From the NCBI GenBank assembly GCA_965228475.1, contig OZ245817.1, forward strand, positions 1,408,001 to 1,472,000: 64,000 nt of DNA, written 5' to 3'. Origin of the DNA: Myxococcota bacterium (GTDB taxonomy: Bacteria; Myxococcota_A; UBA9160; JAFDDA01). Below the pieces are notes generated by a model. It was not told the origin of the DNA, did not search any database, and worked only from the letters and a program-made list of their open reading frames with translations. A program made the translations under genes and the position numbers. Positions 48,508 through 60,601 of this stretch are shown here, in pieces. Every line of letters starts with the position of its first letter. The first letter of the stretch is position 1.

Positions 48508-49008
48508 ATGTATCGCGACATCCCCAAGGAGCTGTTGGGTCTGATCGAGCCGATCGTCGAAGATCATGGCCTCGAGCTGGTGGATGCGGACGTGGTCCGC
48601 GGCCGCGGCACGGGTCAGCTGCGCGTCGTCGTGGATACGCCGGCCGGGGACGGGCTCGTCTCCGTGGAGGCCTGCGCCGCGGTGTCGCGCGAGCTCGGCA
48701 GCCAGCTCGACGCCGAAGACGCCATCCACGACAGCTACGTGCTCGAGGTGTCCTCGCCGGGCCTCGACCGGCCGCTCTCGCGTGAGAAGGATTTTCGGGC
48801 CGCCTGCGGCTCGGACGTGAAGCTCGAAACCCGCGTGCCCCTCGGCGGCCGCCGCCGCTTCAAGGGCAAGCTCACCGCCTTCGATGGCGAGACGGCGCGC
48901 CTCGAGATCGACGGCGACGCCCACGACATCCCCTTCGCCCAGGTGGCGAAGGCCCACGTGATCTACCACTTCTCCGCCGCGGACTTCAACGCGCGGCGGG
49001 AAGGCTGA
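48508..49008 (+). CDS. rimP: Ribosome maturation factor RimP
   Basis: LEVSSPGLDRPL; precedes nusA. Confidence 0.95.
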   Translation: MYRDIPKELLGLIEPIVEDHGLELVDADVVRGRGTGQLRVVVDTPAGDGLVSVEACAAVSRELGSQLDAEDAIHDSYVLEVSSPGLDRPLSREKDFRAACGSDVKLETRVPLGGRRRFKGKLTAFDGETARLEIDGDAHDIPFAQVAKAHVIYHFSAADFNARREG

Positions 49009-49018
49009 CGGAGTCGCC

Positions 49019-50461
<1,443 letters not shown>

Positions 50462-50474
50462 GGCAGAAGCATCC

Positions 50475-52982
50475 ATGGCAAAGATCAGGGCCTACAAGCT
50501 CGCGGAAGAGCTCGGCATCGATCGTTCGGACATCGTCGAACGCGCGGGAGCCGTGGGCATCGAGCTCAAGAGCCCGATGTCGTCCCTCGACGACGAGGAG
50601 GCGGAACAGCTCCGCGAGAAGCTCGGCAAGCCCAGCAAGCCGAAGGGTGAGGTCGTCGAGCGGCGCGTCGAAGGGCGCGGCGGCGCGACGATCATCCGCC
50701 GCAAGCGCAAGAAGGCGCCGGAACCCGAGCCCGAGCCGGAGCCCGTCGCCGAGGAGCCCGAGGCGGTGGAAGCACCGGCCGAGGCGGCGGAGGCCGAGCC
50801 CGAGGCCACGCCCGAGCCCGAAGCCGTGCCCGAGCCGGTCGCTGCCGAGGCGCCCGAGGAAGCCGTCGCGGCTGCGAGCGCCGAGCAGGCGCCCGAGGCG
50901 CCGAAGGGACCCGCGGCCGATTCGCCCGGCGAAGCGCCGGCCGGCCCCGCCGGCGCCACCGGAGCCCCCGCCGGCGAGCGCAAGCCGCCGGGGCCGTCGA
51001 CGCCGGATTCGGCGAAGCCCGCGAAGCCGAAGAAGGCCTTCCGCGAGGTCGTGAACCTGCGCGAGCAGGAGCAGCTCGCACGCCAGGCGACCACGCGAAC
51101 CACGCAGCGCCGCCCGGTCACCACCGTCGATCCGCGCGCCTTCCAGTCCCCGCGGCGCAAGCGCCGGGACGCGGCGCCGAAGAAGGCCGCGCCGGCGCCC
51201 GCTGCCGCGTCGAAGGTCGCGAAGATCGTCCGCGTCGAGGGCGAGATCAGCGTCGCCGAGCTCGCGAAGCAGCTCGGGGCGAAGGCCGCCGAGGTCCAGG
51301 GCAAGCTCATGGGCTTCGGGACGATGGTCGGCATCAACCAGACCATCGATTCCGACGTCGCCCGCAAGGTCGCCGATGCCTACGGCGCCGAGGTCCAGGA
51401 CACGGGCTTCAAGGAAGAGGAGGCGCTCGCGAGCGTCCGCACCGGGGAGGTCGACGAGTCGGCGCTCGAGGGGCGGCCGCCGGTGATCACCGTCATGGGC
51501 CACGTCGACCACGGGAAGACGTCGCTGCTCGACGCCCTGCGCGAGGCCAACGTCGTCGCGGGCGAGGCCGGCGGCATCACCCAGCACATCGGCGCGTATC
51601 AGACCGAGATCGACGGAGCGAAGCTGACCTTCATCGATACGCCGGGCCACGCCGCCTTCACCGAGATGCGCGCGCGGGGGGCGCAGATCACGGACATTGT
51701 GATCCTGATCGTCGCCGCCAGCGAAGGCGTGATGCCCCAGACCGAGGAGGCCATCAGCCACGCCAAGGCCGCGGGCGTTCCGATCCTCGTCGCCATCAAC
51801 AAGTGCGACCTGCCCGGCGCCGACCCGACGCGGACGCGGCAGTCGCTGCTCGAACACGACCTCGTTCCCGAGGAGTTCGGCGGCGACGTGATCACCGTCG
51901 AGATCTCGGCGCTGAAGAAGACCGGCCTCGACAAACTGCTCGAACTGCTCGCCCTCCAGGCCGAGGTCCTCGAGCTGAAGGCCGACCCGAACCAGCCCGC
52001 CACGGGCGTCGTGCTCGAAGCCGAGCTCGACAAGGGCCGCGGGCCCGTCGCCACCGTGCTCGTCAAGGAGGGCACGCTCCGCCGCGGCGACGCCATGGTC
52101 GTCGGCACGAGCTACGGCCGCATTCGCGCGATGCAGGACGAGAACGGCAAGCGCCTGAACGAGGCGCCGCCGAGCACGCCGGTGCAGGTGATCGGGCTCT
52201 CCTCGGTGCCGGGGGCGGGCGAGGTGTTCCACGTCGCCGAGAGCGAGCGCGCGGCGAAGGACGTGGCCGAGCACCGCGAGGACCAGCAGCGCGGCCGGGT
52301 GGCCGGCGCTCCGGCTCCGCGCCGCAGCCTCGAGGATCTCTTCGCCCAGGCGGGCGAGGGCGGCATGAAGGAGCTGAACGTCGTGCTGAAGGCCGACGTG
52401 CAGGGCTCCCTCGAGGCCGTGCGCGACGCCCTGGTCAAGCTCGGCAACGACGAGGTCAAGGTCGAGGTGCTGCACGCCGGCGTCGGCGGCATCACCGAGA
52501 ACGACGTGAACCTCGCGCAGACGGGCGAGGCCATCGTGGTCGGCTTCAACGTCCGGCCGGACCCGGCGGCGCGCAAGGCCGCGGATTCGACGGGCGTCGA
52601 CATGCGCATGTACCGCGTGATCTACGAGCTCACCGACGAAGTGAAGCTCGCCATGGCCGGGCTCCTGCCGCCGCGCATCGAGGAGAACGCCCTCGGCCGC
52701 GCCGAGGTGCGGGAGACCTTCACCGTGCCGAAGATCGGGACGATCGCCGGTTGCTATATGGTCGAGGGCAAGGCCCAGCGCAACGCCAAGTGCCGCCTGG
52801 TCCGCGACGGCGTGGTCGTCCACGAGGGGCAGCTCGGTTCGCTCCGGCGATTCAAGGACGACGTGCGCGAGGTCCAGACCGGCTTCGAGTGCGGCATTGG
52901 CATCGACGGCTACGGAGACGTCAAGGTCGGCGACGTGATCGAGATCTACGTCCTCGAGGAGCGCGCGGCCACCCTCGAATGA
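50475..52982 (+). CDS. infB: Translation initiation factor IF-2
   Basis: [33 protein letters not shown]. Confidence 0.98.
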   Translation: MAKIRAYKLAEELGIDRSDIVERAGAVGIELKSPMSSLDDEEAEQLREKLGKPSKPKGEVVERRVEGRGGATIIRRKRKKAPEPEPEPEPVAEEPEAVEAPAEAAEAEPEATPEPEAVPEPVAAEAPEEAVAAASAEQAPEAPKGPAADSPGEAPAGPAGATGAPAGERKPPGPSTPDSAKPAKPKKAFREVVNLREQEQLARQATTRTTQRRPVTTVDPRAFQSPRRKRRDAAPKKAAPAPAAASKVAKIVRVEGEISVAELAKQLGAKAAEVQGKLMGFGTMVGINQTIDSDVARKVADAYGAEVQDTGFKEEEALASVRTGEVDESALEGRPPVITVMGHVDHGKTSLLDALREANVVAGEAGGITQHIGAYQTEIDGAKLTFIDTPGHAAFTEMRARGAQITDIVILIVAASEGVMPQTEEAISHAKAAGVPILVAINKCDLPGADPTRTRQSLLEHDLVPEEFGGDVITVEISALKKTGLDKLLELLALQAEVLELKADPNQPATGVVLEAELDKGRGPVATVLVKEGTLRRGDAMVVGTSYGRIRAMQDENGKRLNEAPPSTPVQVIGLSSVPGAGEVFHVAESERAAKDVAEHREDQQRGRVAGAPAPRRSLEDLFAQAGEGGMKELNVVLKADVQGSLEAVRDALVKLGNDEVKVEVLHAGVGGITENDVNLAQTGEAIVVGFNVRPDPAARKAADSTGVDMRMYRVIYELTDEVKLAMAGLLPPRIEENALGRAEVRETFTVPKIGTIAGCYMVEGKAQRNAKCRLVRDGVVVHEGQLGSLRRFKDDVREVQTGFECGIGIDGYGDVKVGDVIEIYVLEERAATLE

Positions 52983-53341
52983 TCGTCGGGGCGGCCGTCG
53001 TCGAGCTCCACCTGGAGGGCTGTCGGTCCCTGAAGCAGAAGCGCGGCGTCGTCCGGTCCATCACCCAGCGTGTCCGCAACGGCTTCCGCGTCTCCATCGC
53101 CGAGGTGGGTGGGCAGCACACCTGGACCCAATCGACGCTCGGGGTCACGACGGTCGGCAGCGATGCCGTGCTCGTCCGGCAGGTGCTCGACCGGGTGGTG
53201 GACTTCATCGAGGGGCTGCATCTGGCGGAGCTGGTCGCGCAGGAGATCGAGATCCTGCGCATGCCCCTGGCCGGGGACGACGACGAAGAAGACGACGACT
53301 GGGAAGACGTCGAAGCGTTCGAGGAAGACGAGGAGGCGTGA
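52979..53341 (+). CDS. DUF503 (YlxP-like) protein with acidic tail
   Basis: MIVG..SLKQKR..VSIAEVG; ATGA overlap with infB. Confidence 0.88.
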   Translation: MIVGAAVVELHLEGCRSLKQKRGVVRSITQRVRNGFRVSIAEVGGQHTWTQSTLGVTTVGSDAVLVRQVLDRVVDFIEGLHLAELVAQEIEILRMPLAGDDDEEDDDWEDVEAFEEDEEA

Positions 53342-53344
53342 GGG

Positions 53345-53701
53345 ATGTCGCGGCGCACGGAAAGGATCGGCGAACAGATTCGCGCCGAGCTCTCGCGTCT
53401 GCTGCGCGAGGAGATCACGGACCCGCGCGTCGGCCTCGTGAGCGTGACGCGCATCGACGTCGCGCCGGACCTTTCGAACGCCCGCGTCTACTGGAGCACC
53501 CTCGACGGCCCGGCGCAGCCCGAGCCCGCCGAGACCGCGAAGGGCCTCGCTTCGGCCGCCGGCTTCCTGCGCCGGCAGCTCTCGCGAACGCTCCCCACGC
53601 GACGCGTTCCGGAGCTCCGCTTCGAGCACGACCCCTCTCTTGCCGCCGGGACCGAGACCCTGGCGCTGATTTCGGAGCTCTCTCATGAGTCGGAGGAGTA
53701 G
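53345..53701 (+). CDS. rbfA: Ribosome-binding factor A
   Basis: DPRVG, DLSNARVY, VPELRF. Confidence 0.95.
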   Translation: MSRRTERIGEQIRAELSRLLREEITDPRVGLVSVTRIDVAPDLSNARVYWSTLDGPAQPEPAETAKGLASAAGFLRRQLSRTLPTRRVPELRFEHDPSLAAGTETLALISELSHESEE

Positions 53702-54617
53702 GCGGCCCGAGCCGCCCGGACCGGCGGGCTTCCTCGTGGTCGACAAGCCGCGCGGAGCCACGTCCCACGACATGGTCGATGCCGCGCGCGCCTGGCTGGG
53801 CACGCGCCGCGTCGGGCACCTCGGCACCCTCGACCCGCTGGCGACGGGCCTGCTGCCGCTGGCCGTGCGCGGCGCGACGAAGCTCGTCTCCTTCGTGGAC
53901 GGCGCGAAGGTCTACTGGTCGCGCATCCGCCTCGGGATCGAGACCGACACCCTCGACGCCGAGGGCACCGAGACCGCGCGCCACGAAGGGCCGCTGCCCG
54001 ACGAGGCGGCCATCGCCGAGGCGCTCGAGCAGTTCCAGGGCGAGATCGAGCAGATCCCGCCCATGTACAGCGCGGTCAAGCGCGACGGCGTGCCGCTCTA
54101 CAAGCTCGCGCGCAAGGGCGAGGAGGTGGAGCGCGAGCCGCGCCGCATCGAGATCCACTCGATCACCCTGCTGCGCTACGAGGCGCCGGACCTCGAGATC
54201 GAGGTCTCCTGCTCGCCGGGCACCTACGTCCGGGTGCTGGCCCAGGACCTCGGGCGCGCGCTCGGTTGCGGCGGCCACCTGGCGGACCTGCGCCGGACCG
54301 GGAACGGCCCCTTCACCCTCGAGATGGCCGCGACCCCCGAGGACCTCCAGGCCGCGGCCGACGCCGGGAAGATCGAAGAGCTCCTGGTCTCTCCGGCCGA
54401 GGGCGTCGGGCTGCCCCAGGTGCCGCTCGACCTCGCCCAGATCCAGCGCGTGCTCCACGGCGGTGAGATCCGCTCGGGCGCCCTCGCTCGGGAGGCCGTC
54501 GGAGGCCGCTACGCCGGAGTCGACCGGGACGGGGAGCTGATCGCGATCCTGGAACTCGGCCCCGCGGGGATGCTCCGGCCGGTTCGGGTCCTTCGCCAGG
54601 ACGCGGGACCGCGGTGA
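53685..54617 (+). CDS. truB: tRNA pseudouridine55 synthase
   Basis: VDKPRG.TSHD, GHLGTLDPLATG, QIPPMYSAVK, GTYVR. Confidence 0.97.
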   Translation: MSRRSRRPEPPGPAGFLVVDKPRGATSHDMVDAARAWLGTRRVGHLGTLDPLATGLLPLAVRGATKLVSFVDGAKVYWSRIRLGIETDTLDAEGTETARHEGPLPDEAAIAEALEQFQGEIEQIPPMYSAVKRDGVPLYKLARKGEEVEREPRRIEIHSITLLRYEAPDLEIEVSCSPGTYVRVLAQDLGRALGCGGHLADLRRTGNGPFTLEMAATPEDLQAAADAGKIEELLVSPAEGVGLPQVPLDLAQIQRVLHGGEIRSGALAREAVGGRYAGVDRDGELIAILELGPAGMLRPVRVLRQDAGPR

Positions 54618-54771
54618 ACGCCCCTCGCCCCAGGCGGCGCCGCTTGCTCCCCGGAGCCGGTTTTGTTAACTCCACTGCGACCTTCCGTAGCGGGCCCTTC
54701 GCGCACGCCGCGTTTTCGTTCCCTCGATCCTCGTCACCGGTTCCCAGGTTCTGGGGCGATGGAGAAGAACA

Positions 54772-55038
54772 TTGATCAGCACTGCCAAGAAGAATGAGCT
54801 CGTCAACGAGTACCGGACGCACGAAAAGGACACCGGGTCCCCGGAAGTCCAGGTCGCGATCCTCACTACCCGGATCAACGAGCTGCAAGACCACTTCAAG
54901 GTCCACAAGAAGGACCACCATTCGCGCCGCGGCCTGCTCATGCTCGTGAGCCAGCGCCGTCGGCTGCTCGACTACCTGAGGAGGAAGAGTCCCGAGCGTT
55001 ACCAGACGCTCATCCAGAAGCTCGGCTTGCGACGCTAG
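54772..55038 (+). CDS. rpsO: 30S ribosomal protein S15
   Basis: [27 protein letters not shown] start. Confidence 0.97.
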   Translation: MISTAKKNELVNEYRTHEKDTGSPEVQVAILTTRINELQDHFKVHKKDHHSRRGLLMLVSQRRRLLDYLRRKSPERYQTLIQKLGLRR

Positions 55039-55152
55039 CCGGGCGCCGCGCCTCCCAGGTGGGAAGGGGCGGCACCACACCACATCGTTGGGGTGTCGGG
55101 CGACCGCAGGTCGATAGTCGGCCTGCGAACTGAGTTCCGAAAGTTGACCCAA

Positions 55153-55217
55153 GGAATGTGGGAATCCGCCATGCGCGAGAGCCCCGGCTCTCTCGCCCAT
55201 CGCCGATCCCGCATTCC
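55153..55217 (+). promoter_or_regulatory. Long imperfect hairpin in the pnp leader (candidate RNase III site)
   Basis: ggaatgtggga (55153-63) pairs with tcccgcattcc (55207-17); inner gcgagag/ctctcgc stem. Confidence 0.6.
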
Positions 55218-55305
55218 CCTGATTCATCGCTCGCCCGATCCACTCCCGCGGTTCTCGCCGGTACGTGCCCCCTTGAAACGGGCCGCCGGCAGGAGATGGA
55301 TCTCC

Positions 55306-57492
55306 ATGTCGAATTCCTATTGGTTCGAACCGACCACGACCACCGTGAAGGTGGGCGGGGATACGTTCACACTCGAGACGGGCAAGATGGCCAAGCAGGC
55401 CTCGAGCTGCGTCGTCACCTGGGGCGATACCCAGGTGCTGGTCACCGCCACGCGCGCGAAGCCGCGCCCGGGCATCGACTTCTTCCCGCTGACCGTCGAC
55501 TTCGTCGAGAAGACCTCGGCGGCGGGCAAGATCCCCGGCGGCTTCTTCAAGCGTGAAGGTCGCCTCTCGGACCGCGAGGTTCTGGTCTCGCGCTTCATCG
55601 ACCGCTCGATCCGCCCGCTGTTCGCCGACGGCTACATGGACGAGACCCAGATCATCGCCACCGTGCTCTCGGCGGACGGCGAGCATCAGCCGGACGTGGC
55701 GGCCTTCCTCGGTGCCTCGACGGCGCTGACGATCTCGCCGCTGCCGTTCCTCGGGCCGATCTCGGCGGTGCGTGTCGGCCGCATCGACGGCCAGCTCATC
55801 GCGAACCCGAAGGTCTCCCAGCGCGAGGAGAGCGACCTCGACCTGATCGTCGCCGGCAGCCGCAACGCGGTGGTGATGGTCGAAGGCGGCGCCAACGAGG
55901 TGCCCGAGGGCGACATGGTCGATGCCCTGAAGTTCGGCCACGAGCACATCGTTCCCCAGCTCGACCCGCAGCTCGATCTGCAGCAGAAGGTCGGCAAGGA
56001 GAAGATGGTGATGGCGGTCCCGGAGGACATCTCGTCCCTCGAGACCGAGATCCGCGGCAAGGCCGAGGCGCGCCTCAAGGAAGCGGTCCAGATCCGCGAG
56101 AAGCACGACCGCTACGCCAAGGTCGGCGAGATCGAGAAGGAGGTCCTCGAGGGCTACGTCACGGCGTACCGCGAGGAGAAGTTCACGATCGACTCGCTCG
56201 AGGCCTACGAGAGCCGGCGCGACGGGCTCGCGAAGCTCACGGGCCAGGTGAAGGGCCTGCTCAAGTCGATCCACGCGAACGTGGTGCGCGAGATGGTGCT
56301 CTCCGAGCGCGTGCGCATCGACGGCCGCGCGACCGACGAGATCCGCAACATCGCGAGCGAGCTCGCGGTGGCGAAGAAGGCCCACGGAACGGGCCTGTTC
56401 ACGCGCGGTGAGACCCAGGCGCTGGTCTACACGACGCTCGGCTCTAGCCGGGACGGGCAGACCATCGATGCCCTGACCGAGCGCTACGAGAAGCGCTTCC
56501 TGCTGCACTACAACTTCCCGCCGTTCTCGGTGGGCGAGGCGCGCTTCCTGCGCGGCCCCGGCCGCCGCGAGGTGGGCCACGGGACGCTCGCCGAGCGGGC
56601 GCTCACGCCGGTGCTGCCCGATCAGGACGACTTCCCCTACACGATCCGTGTGGTCTCGGAAGTGCTCGAGAGCAACGGCAGCTCGTCCATGGCGACGGTC
56701 TGCGGGGGCACGCTCTCCATGCTCGATGCGGGTGTGAAGCTGAAGGCGCCGGTGGCCGGCATCGCCATGGGTCTGATCCAGGACGGCGACCGCGTGGCCG
56801 TGCTCTCGGACATCCTCGGCGACGAGGACCATCTCGGCGACATGGACTTCAAGGTGTGCGGGACGACCAAGGGCATCACCGCGCTCCAGATGGACATCAA
56901 GATCACCGAGGTGGACTGGGACGTGATGGAGAAGGCCCTGGCGCAGGCGCGCGAGGGGCGGCTCCACATCCTCGACTGCATGGAGCGGGACGTGAAGGAC
57001 GCGCTCGGCGGGCTGCAGCCGCGCGAAGACCTCTCGGCGAACGCGCCGCGGGTCGAGGTCATCACGATCAAGCCGGACCGCATCCGCGACGTCATCGGGC
57101 CGGGCGGCAAGGTCATCCGCGCCATCCAGGACACGACGGGCGCGAACATCGACGTCGAGGACTCGGGCCAGGTCACGATCTTCTCGCCGGACCTCGACGC
57201 GCTCACGCGCGCTCGTTCGATGGTCGAGGAGCTCACCCAGGAAGCCGAGATCGGGAAGCTCTACCTCGGCAAGGTGAAGCGGGTCACGGACTTCGGCTGC
57301 TTCGTCGAGATCTTCCCGGGGACGGACGGGCTCGTGCACATCAGCCACCTGGCCGAGGGCCGCGTGGAGCGCGTGACCGACGTCGCCGACGAGGGCGACG
57401 AGCTCATGGTGAAGTGCATCGACATCGACCCGTCGGGCCGCATCCGCCTCTCCCGCAAGGAGGCTCTCGCGGACGCCGTCGAGGGTGCCTGA
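55306..57492 (+). CDS. pnp: Polyribonucleotide nucleotidyltransferase
   Basis: FFPLTVD, GGFFKREG, RGETQ, SNGSSSMA, EDHLGDMDFK, KH and S1 domains. Confidence 0.98.
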   Translation: MSNSYWFEPTTTTVKVGGDTFTLETGKMAKQASSCVVTWGDTQVLVTATRAKPRPGIDFFPLTVDFVEKTSAAGKIPGGFFKREGRLSDREVLVSRFIDRSIRPLFADGYMDETQIIATVLSADGEHQPDVAAFLGASTALTISPLPFLGPISAVRVGRIDGQLIANPKVSQREESDLDLIVAGSRNAVVMVEGGANEVPEGDMVDALKFGHEHIVPQLDPQLDLQQKVGKEKMVMAVPEDISSLETEIRGKAEARLKEAVQIREKHDRYAKVGEIEKEVLEGYVTAYREEKFTIDSLEAYESRRDGLAKLTGQVKGLLKSIHANVVREMVLSERVRIDGRATDEIRNIASELAVAKKAHGTGLFTRGETQALVYTTLGSSRDGQTIDALTERYEKRFLLHYNFPPFSVGEARFLRGPGRREVGHGTLAERALTPVLPDQDDFPYTIRVVSEVLESNGSSSMATVCGGTLSMLDAGVKLKAPVAGIAMGLIQDGDRVAVLSDILGDEDHLGDMDFKVCGTTKGITALQMDIKITEVDWDVMEKALAQAREGRLHILDCMERDVKDALGGLQPREDLSANAPRVEVITIKPDRIRDVIGPGGKVIRAIQDTTGANIDVEDSGQVTIFSPDLDALTRARSMVEELTQEAEIGKLYLGKVKRVTDFGCFVEIFPGTDGLVHISHLAEGRVERVTDVADEGDELMVKCIDIDPSGRIRLSRKEALADAVEGA

Positions 57493-57531
57493 AACGGGGG
57501 CCCGAGGTGTCTAGCGCGGCGCGCGTCCGAC

Positions 57532-58020
57532 ATGTCTGAACCGGCGCGCGTCCGGTTGGCGCGCATCGCCGGGGCGGAAGACCTTCCGCTCCCGAAGCCC
57601 GCGACCCCCGGGTCGGCCGGGCTGGATCTCGCCGCGGCCGTCGAGGAGGACCTGGTGGTCCCCCCCGGCGGCCGCGCGCTCGTTCCGACGGGGCTGCGCA
57701 TCGCGGTCCCGCCGGGCTACGAGGCCCAGATCCGGCCGCGCAGCGGGCTGGCCCTGCGCGAGGGCATCGTCCTCCCGAATTCTCCCGGGACCATCGACTC
57801 GGACTATCGCGGGGAGGTGCGCGTGATCCTCTGGAACGCGGGCAGCGAGCCGTTCACGATCGAGCGCGGCGACCGCATCGCACAGCTCGTGGTCGCACCG
57901 GTCGCCACCGTGGCCTTCGAGGAGGTCCAGGAGCTCGAGGCCACCGAGCGCGGCGAGGGCGGCTTCGGCCATACTGGCGTCGCCGGAGGCAGCGGGCCTT
58001 CGGGTGAGGGAGCTTCATGA
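57532..58020 (+). CDS. dut: dUTP diphosphatase
   Basis: [36 protein letters not shown]. Confidence 0.97.
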   Translation: MSEPARVRLARIAGAEDLPLPKPATPGSAGLDLAAAVEEDLVVPPGGRALVPTGLRIAVPPGYEAQIRPRSGLALREGIVLPNSPGTIDSDYRGEVRVILWNAGSEPFTIERGDRIAQLVVAPVATVAFEEVQELEATERGEGGFGHTGVAGGSGPSGEGAS

Positions 58021-59006
58021 CCACCGAAGAGCCGATTCCCGGAGCGGCGGGCCCCGAGCCCGTGCACCCGCGCCCGCCGACGCCGCGCGACGCGCCGGCC
58101 GAGGCGCCCAAGAAGGAGAAGAGCGACCTCGGCGCCCGCATCCTGACGGCGAGCATCCTGATCCCGCTCGTGCTCTGGCTGATCGCCCAGGGCGGCCTGC
58201 TCTACCTCGCCGCCGTGATCGGCTTCATCCTGCTCGGGATGCGCGAGTTCTACGCCCTGATCGAGGAGAAGGGCGCGCACCCCCTGGCGAACTGGGGCTA
58301 TGCGGCCGGGGCGGCCCTGCCGATCGTCGCCTACTTCGGCAACGAGTATCACTCGACCCTGCTGATGACGGTCGTGCTGCTCGGGGTGATGTTCAATCAG
58401 CTGCGTCGGCCCCGCATCGAGGAGGCCCTGGCGAGCATCTCGGGCACCTTCTTCGGCGTCTTCTACGTGGGCTGGCTGTTCTCCCACGCGATCGTGCTCC
58501 GCAACTTCCACGGCGTGGTCGAAAGCAAGTACGGCCTGCCCGCCGCGCTCATGCACGCCCCGGAATCCGGCGCCTACTACATGGTCTTCGCGGCGACCTG
58601 CCTCGTCGCGTGCGACGCCGGCGCGTACTTCGCCGGGCGGCAGTTCGGCCGCCGGAAGCTCGCGCCGAAGATCAGCCCGGGGAAGTCCGTCGAAGGCGCG
58701 ATCGGGGGCATCCTGGTCGGAACGGCGTTTGGCCCCGCCGTGAAGGCCTTCTTCGATCTCTTCTGGCCCGAGCTCACCGGCGGCTTCGGCTGGGGCGCCG
58801 CGCTCGTCTTCGGCTTCCTGCTCTCGATCGTCGGCATGCTCGGCGACCTCGTGGAATCCCTGCTCAAGCGCGACGCCGAGGTGAAGGACGCCGGCGGCAT
58901 GCTGCCGGGCATGGGCGGCATCCTCGACCGCCTGGACTCCCCGCTGCTCGGAATTCCGCTGATGTACTATCTGCTGCTCGCCCACACGTACCTCCAGGTA
59001 GGCTGA
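58017..59006 (+). CDS. cdsA: Phosphatidate cytidylyltransferase
   Basis: [44 protein letters not shown]. Confidence 0.95.
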   Translation: MTTEEPIPGAAGPEPVHPRPPTPRDAPAEAPKKEKSDLGARILTASILIPLVLWLIAQGGLLYLAAVIGFILLGMREFYALIEEKGAHPLANWGYAAGAALPIVAYFGNEYHSTLLMTVVLLGVMFNQLRRPRIEEALASISGTFFGVFYVGWLFSHAIVLRNFHGVVESKYGLPAALMHAPESGAYYMVFAATCLVACDAGAYFAGRQFGRRKLAPKISPGKSVEGAIGGILVGTAFGPAVKAFFDLFWPELTGGFGWGAALVFGFLLSIVGMLGDLVESLLKRDAEVKDAGGMLPGMGGILDRLDSPLLGIPLMYYLLLAHTYLQVG

Positions 59007-60310
59007 TGATCGACCGCTACGCCCGCCCCGAAATGAAGGAGATCTGGAGCCAGGAGGCGAAGTACCGCCGCTGGCTCGACGTGGAGATCGCCGTGTGCGA
59101 CGTGCTCGCCGAGCGCGGCGTGATCCCGGCCTCCGCCGTCGAGACGATCCGCCAGAAGGCCGGCTTCTCGGTCGCGCGCATCGACGAGATCGAGCGCGAG
59201 GTGAAGCACGACGTGATCGCGTTCCTCACCAACGTGGCGGAACACGTCGGTCCGGACTCGCGCTTCATCCACTACGGCATGACCTCGAGCGACGTGCTCG
59301 ATACGGCCCTCGCGCTCCAGATCCGCGACGCCGGGCGGCTCGTGCTCGAGGGCGTCGACCTCGCCGCCCGGGCGCTCCGCGCCCGCGCCATCGAGCACAA
59401 GCACACCGTCTGCGTCGGCCGGACCCACGGCGTACACGGCGAACCGACGACCTTTGGCCTGAAGCTGCTCGTCTACTACGCCGAGCTCCGCCGCGGCCGC
59501 GAGCGCCTCGCGCGCGCCCTCGACGAGGCGGCGGTCGGCAAGATCTCCGGCGCCGTCGGCACTTTCGCCCACCTCGATCCGGACGTGGAGCGGAGCGTGT
59601 GCGAGCGGCTCGGCATCGGCTTCGAACCGGCCGCCACCCAGATCGTCCAGCGCGACCGCCACGCGAACTTCAGCGCGGCGCTCGCGCTCATCGGCGGGAG
59701 CCTCGACAAGTTCTCGGTCGAGTTCCGCCACCTCGCCCGCACCGAGGTGCGCGAGGTCCAGGAGGACTTCGGGAAGGGCCAGAAGGGCTCCTCGGCCATG
59801 CCGCACAAGCGCAACCCGTGGCGCTTCGAGAACCTCTCGGGGCTTTCGCGCATCCTTCGCGGCCACGCCGTCGCGGCGATGGAGAACACGGCGCTCTGGC
59901 ACGAGCGCGACATGAGCAACAGCTCGGTCGAGCGCATCACCCTGCCGGATTCGACGACGCTGCTCGACTTCATGCTCCACCGCTTCGCCGGCCTCGTCGA
60001 GCGGCTGGTCGTCTACCCGGATCGCATGATGGCGAACCTCGAGATGACCCACGGCCTCGTCTACAGCGGCACGCTGCTGCTCGCCCTGGCCGAGACCGGC
60101 CTCACGCGCGAGGAGTCCTACGCCCTGGTGCAGGGCCACGCCATGGAGACCTGGGAGCAGGGCGGAAGCTTCCGCGACCGCGTCGAGGCGGACGAGCGCA
60201 TCACGAAGGCGCTCTCCGCGCAGCAGATCGGCGAGGTCTTCGATCTCTCCCACACCCTGCGCAACGTGGAGGCGATCTTCGATCGCACCCTCGAGCAGGT
60301 CGATCCGTGA
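59006..60310 (+). CDS. purB: Adenylosuccinate lyase
   Basis: MIDRY, KHDVIAF, HYGMTSSD, GRTHG, GSSAMPHKRNP. Confidence 0.97.
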   Translation: MIDRYARPEMKEIWSQEAKYRRWLDVEIAVCDVLAERGVIPASAVETIRQKAGFSVARIDEIEREVKHDVIAFLTNVAEHVGPDSRFIHYGMTSSDVLDTALALQIRDAGRLVLEGVDLAARALRARAIEHKHTVCVGRTHGVHGEPTTFGLKLLVYYAELRRGRERLARALDEAAVGKISGAVGTFAHLDPDVERSVCERLGIGFEPAATQIVQRDRHANFSAALALIGGSLDKFSVEFRHLARTEVREVQEDFGKGQKGSSAMPHKRNPWRFENLSGLSRILRGHAVAAMENTALWHERDMSNSSVERITLPDSTTLLDFMLHRFAGLVERLVVYPDRMMANLEMTHGLVYSGTLLLALAETGLTREESYALVQGHAMETWEQGGSFRDRVEADERITKALSAQQIGEVFDLSHTLRNVEAIFDRTLEQVDP

Positions 60311-60335
60311 ACGAAGCACGCAAGGAGACCCGGCC

Positions 60336-60581
60336 GTGAACGCGCTGATCCACGTGACCCTGAAGACCGACGTGCTCGACCCCCAAGGCAAGGCGATCCA
60401 GAACGCCTGCGGCTCGCTCGGCTACGAGGGCATTCGGAGCGTCCGCCAGGGGAAGCTCTTCGAAGTGGAGCTCGACGCCGCCGACGAAACCGCGGCCCGC
60501 GCGCTGCTGGCGGAGCTCTCCGAGAAGCTGCTCTCGAACCCGGTCATCGAAGACTTCGAGATCGTCCGCGTCGAGGGCTAG
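60336..60581 (+). CDS. purS: FGAM synthase subunit PurS
   Basis: LDPQG, VRQGK, LSNPVIE. Confidence 0.96.
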   Translation: MNALIHVTLKTDVLDPQGKAIQNACGSLGYEGIRSVRQGKLFEVELDAADETAARALLAELSEKLLSNPVIEDFEIVRVEG

Positions 60582-60601
60582 CCCCTCCGCGGCTTCGCCG
60601 T

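Noticed and set aside
50720..50840. gagccc-type repeats in infB and in the dnaK tail as a possible array
   Set aside because: They encode PE/AEP low-complexity linkers; there is no repeat-spacer structure.
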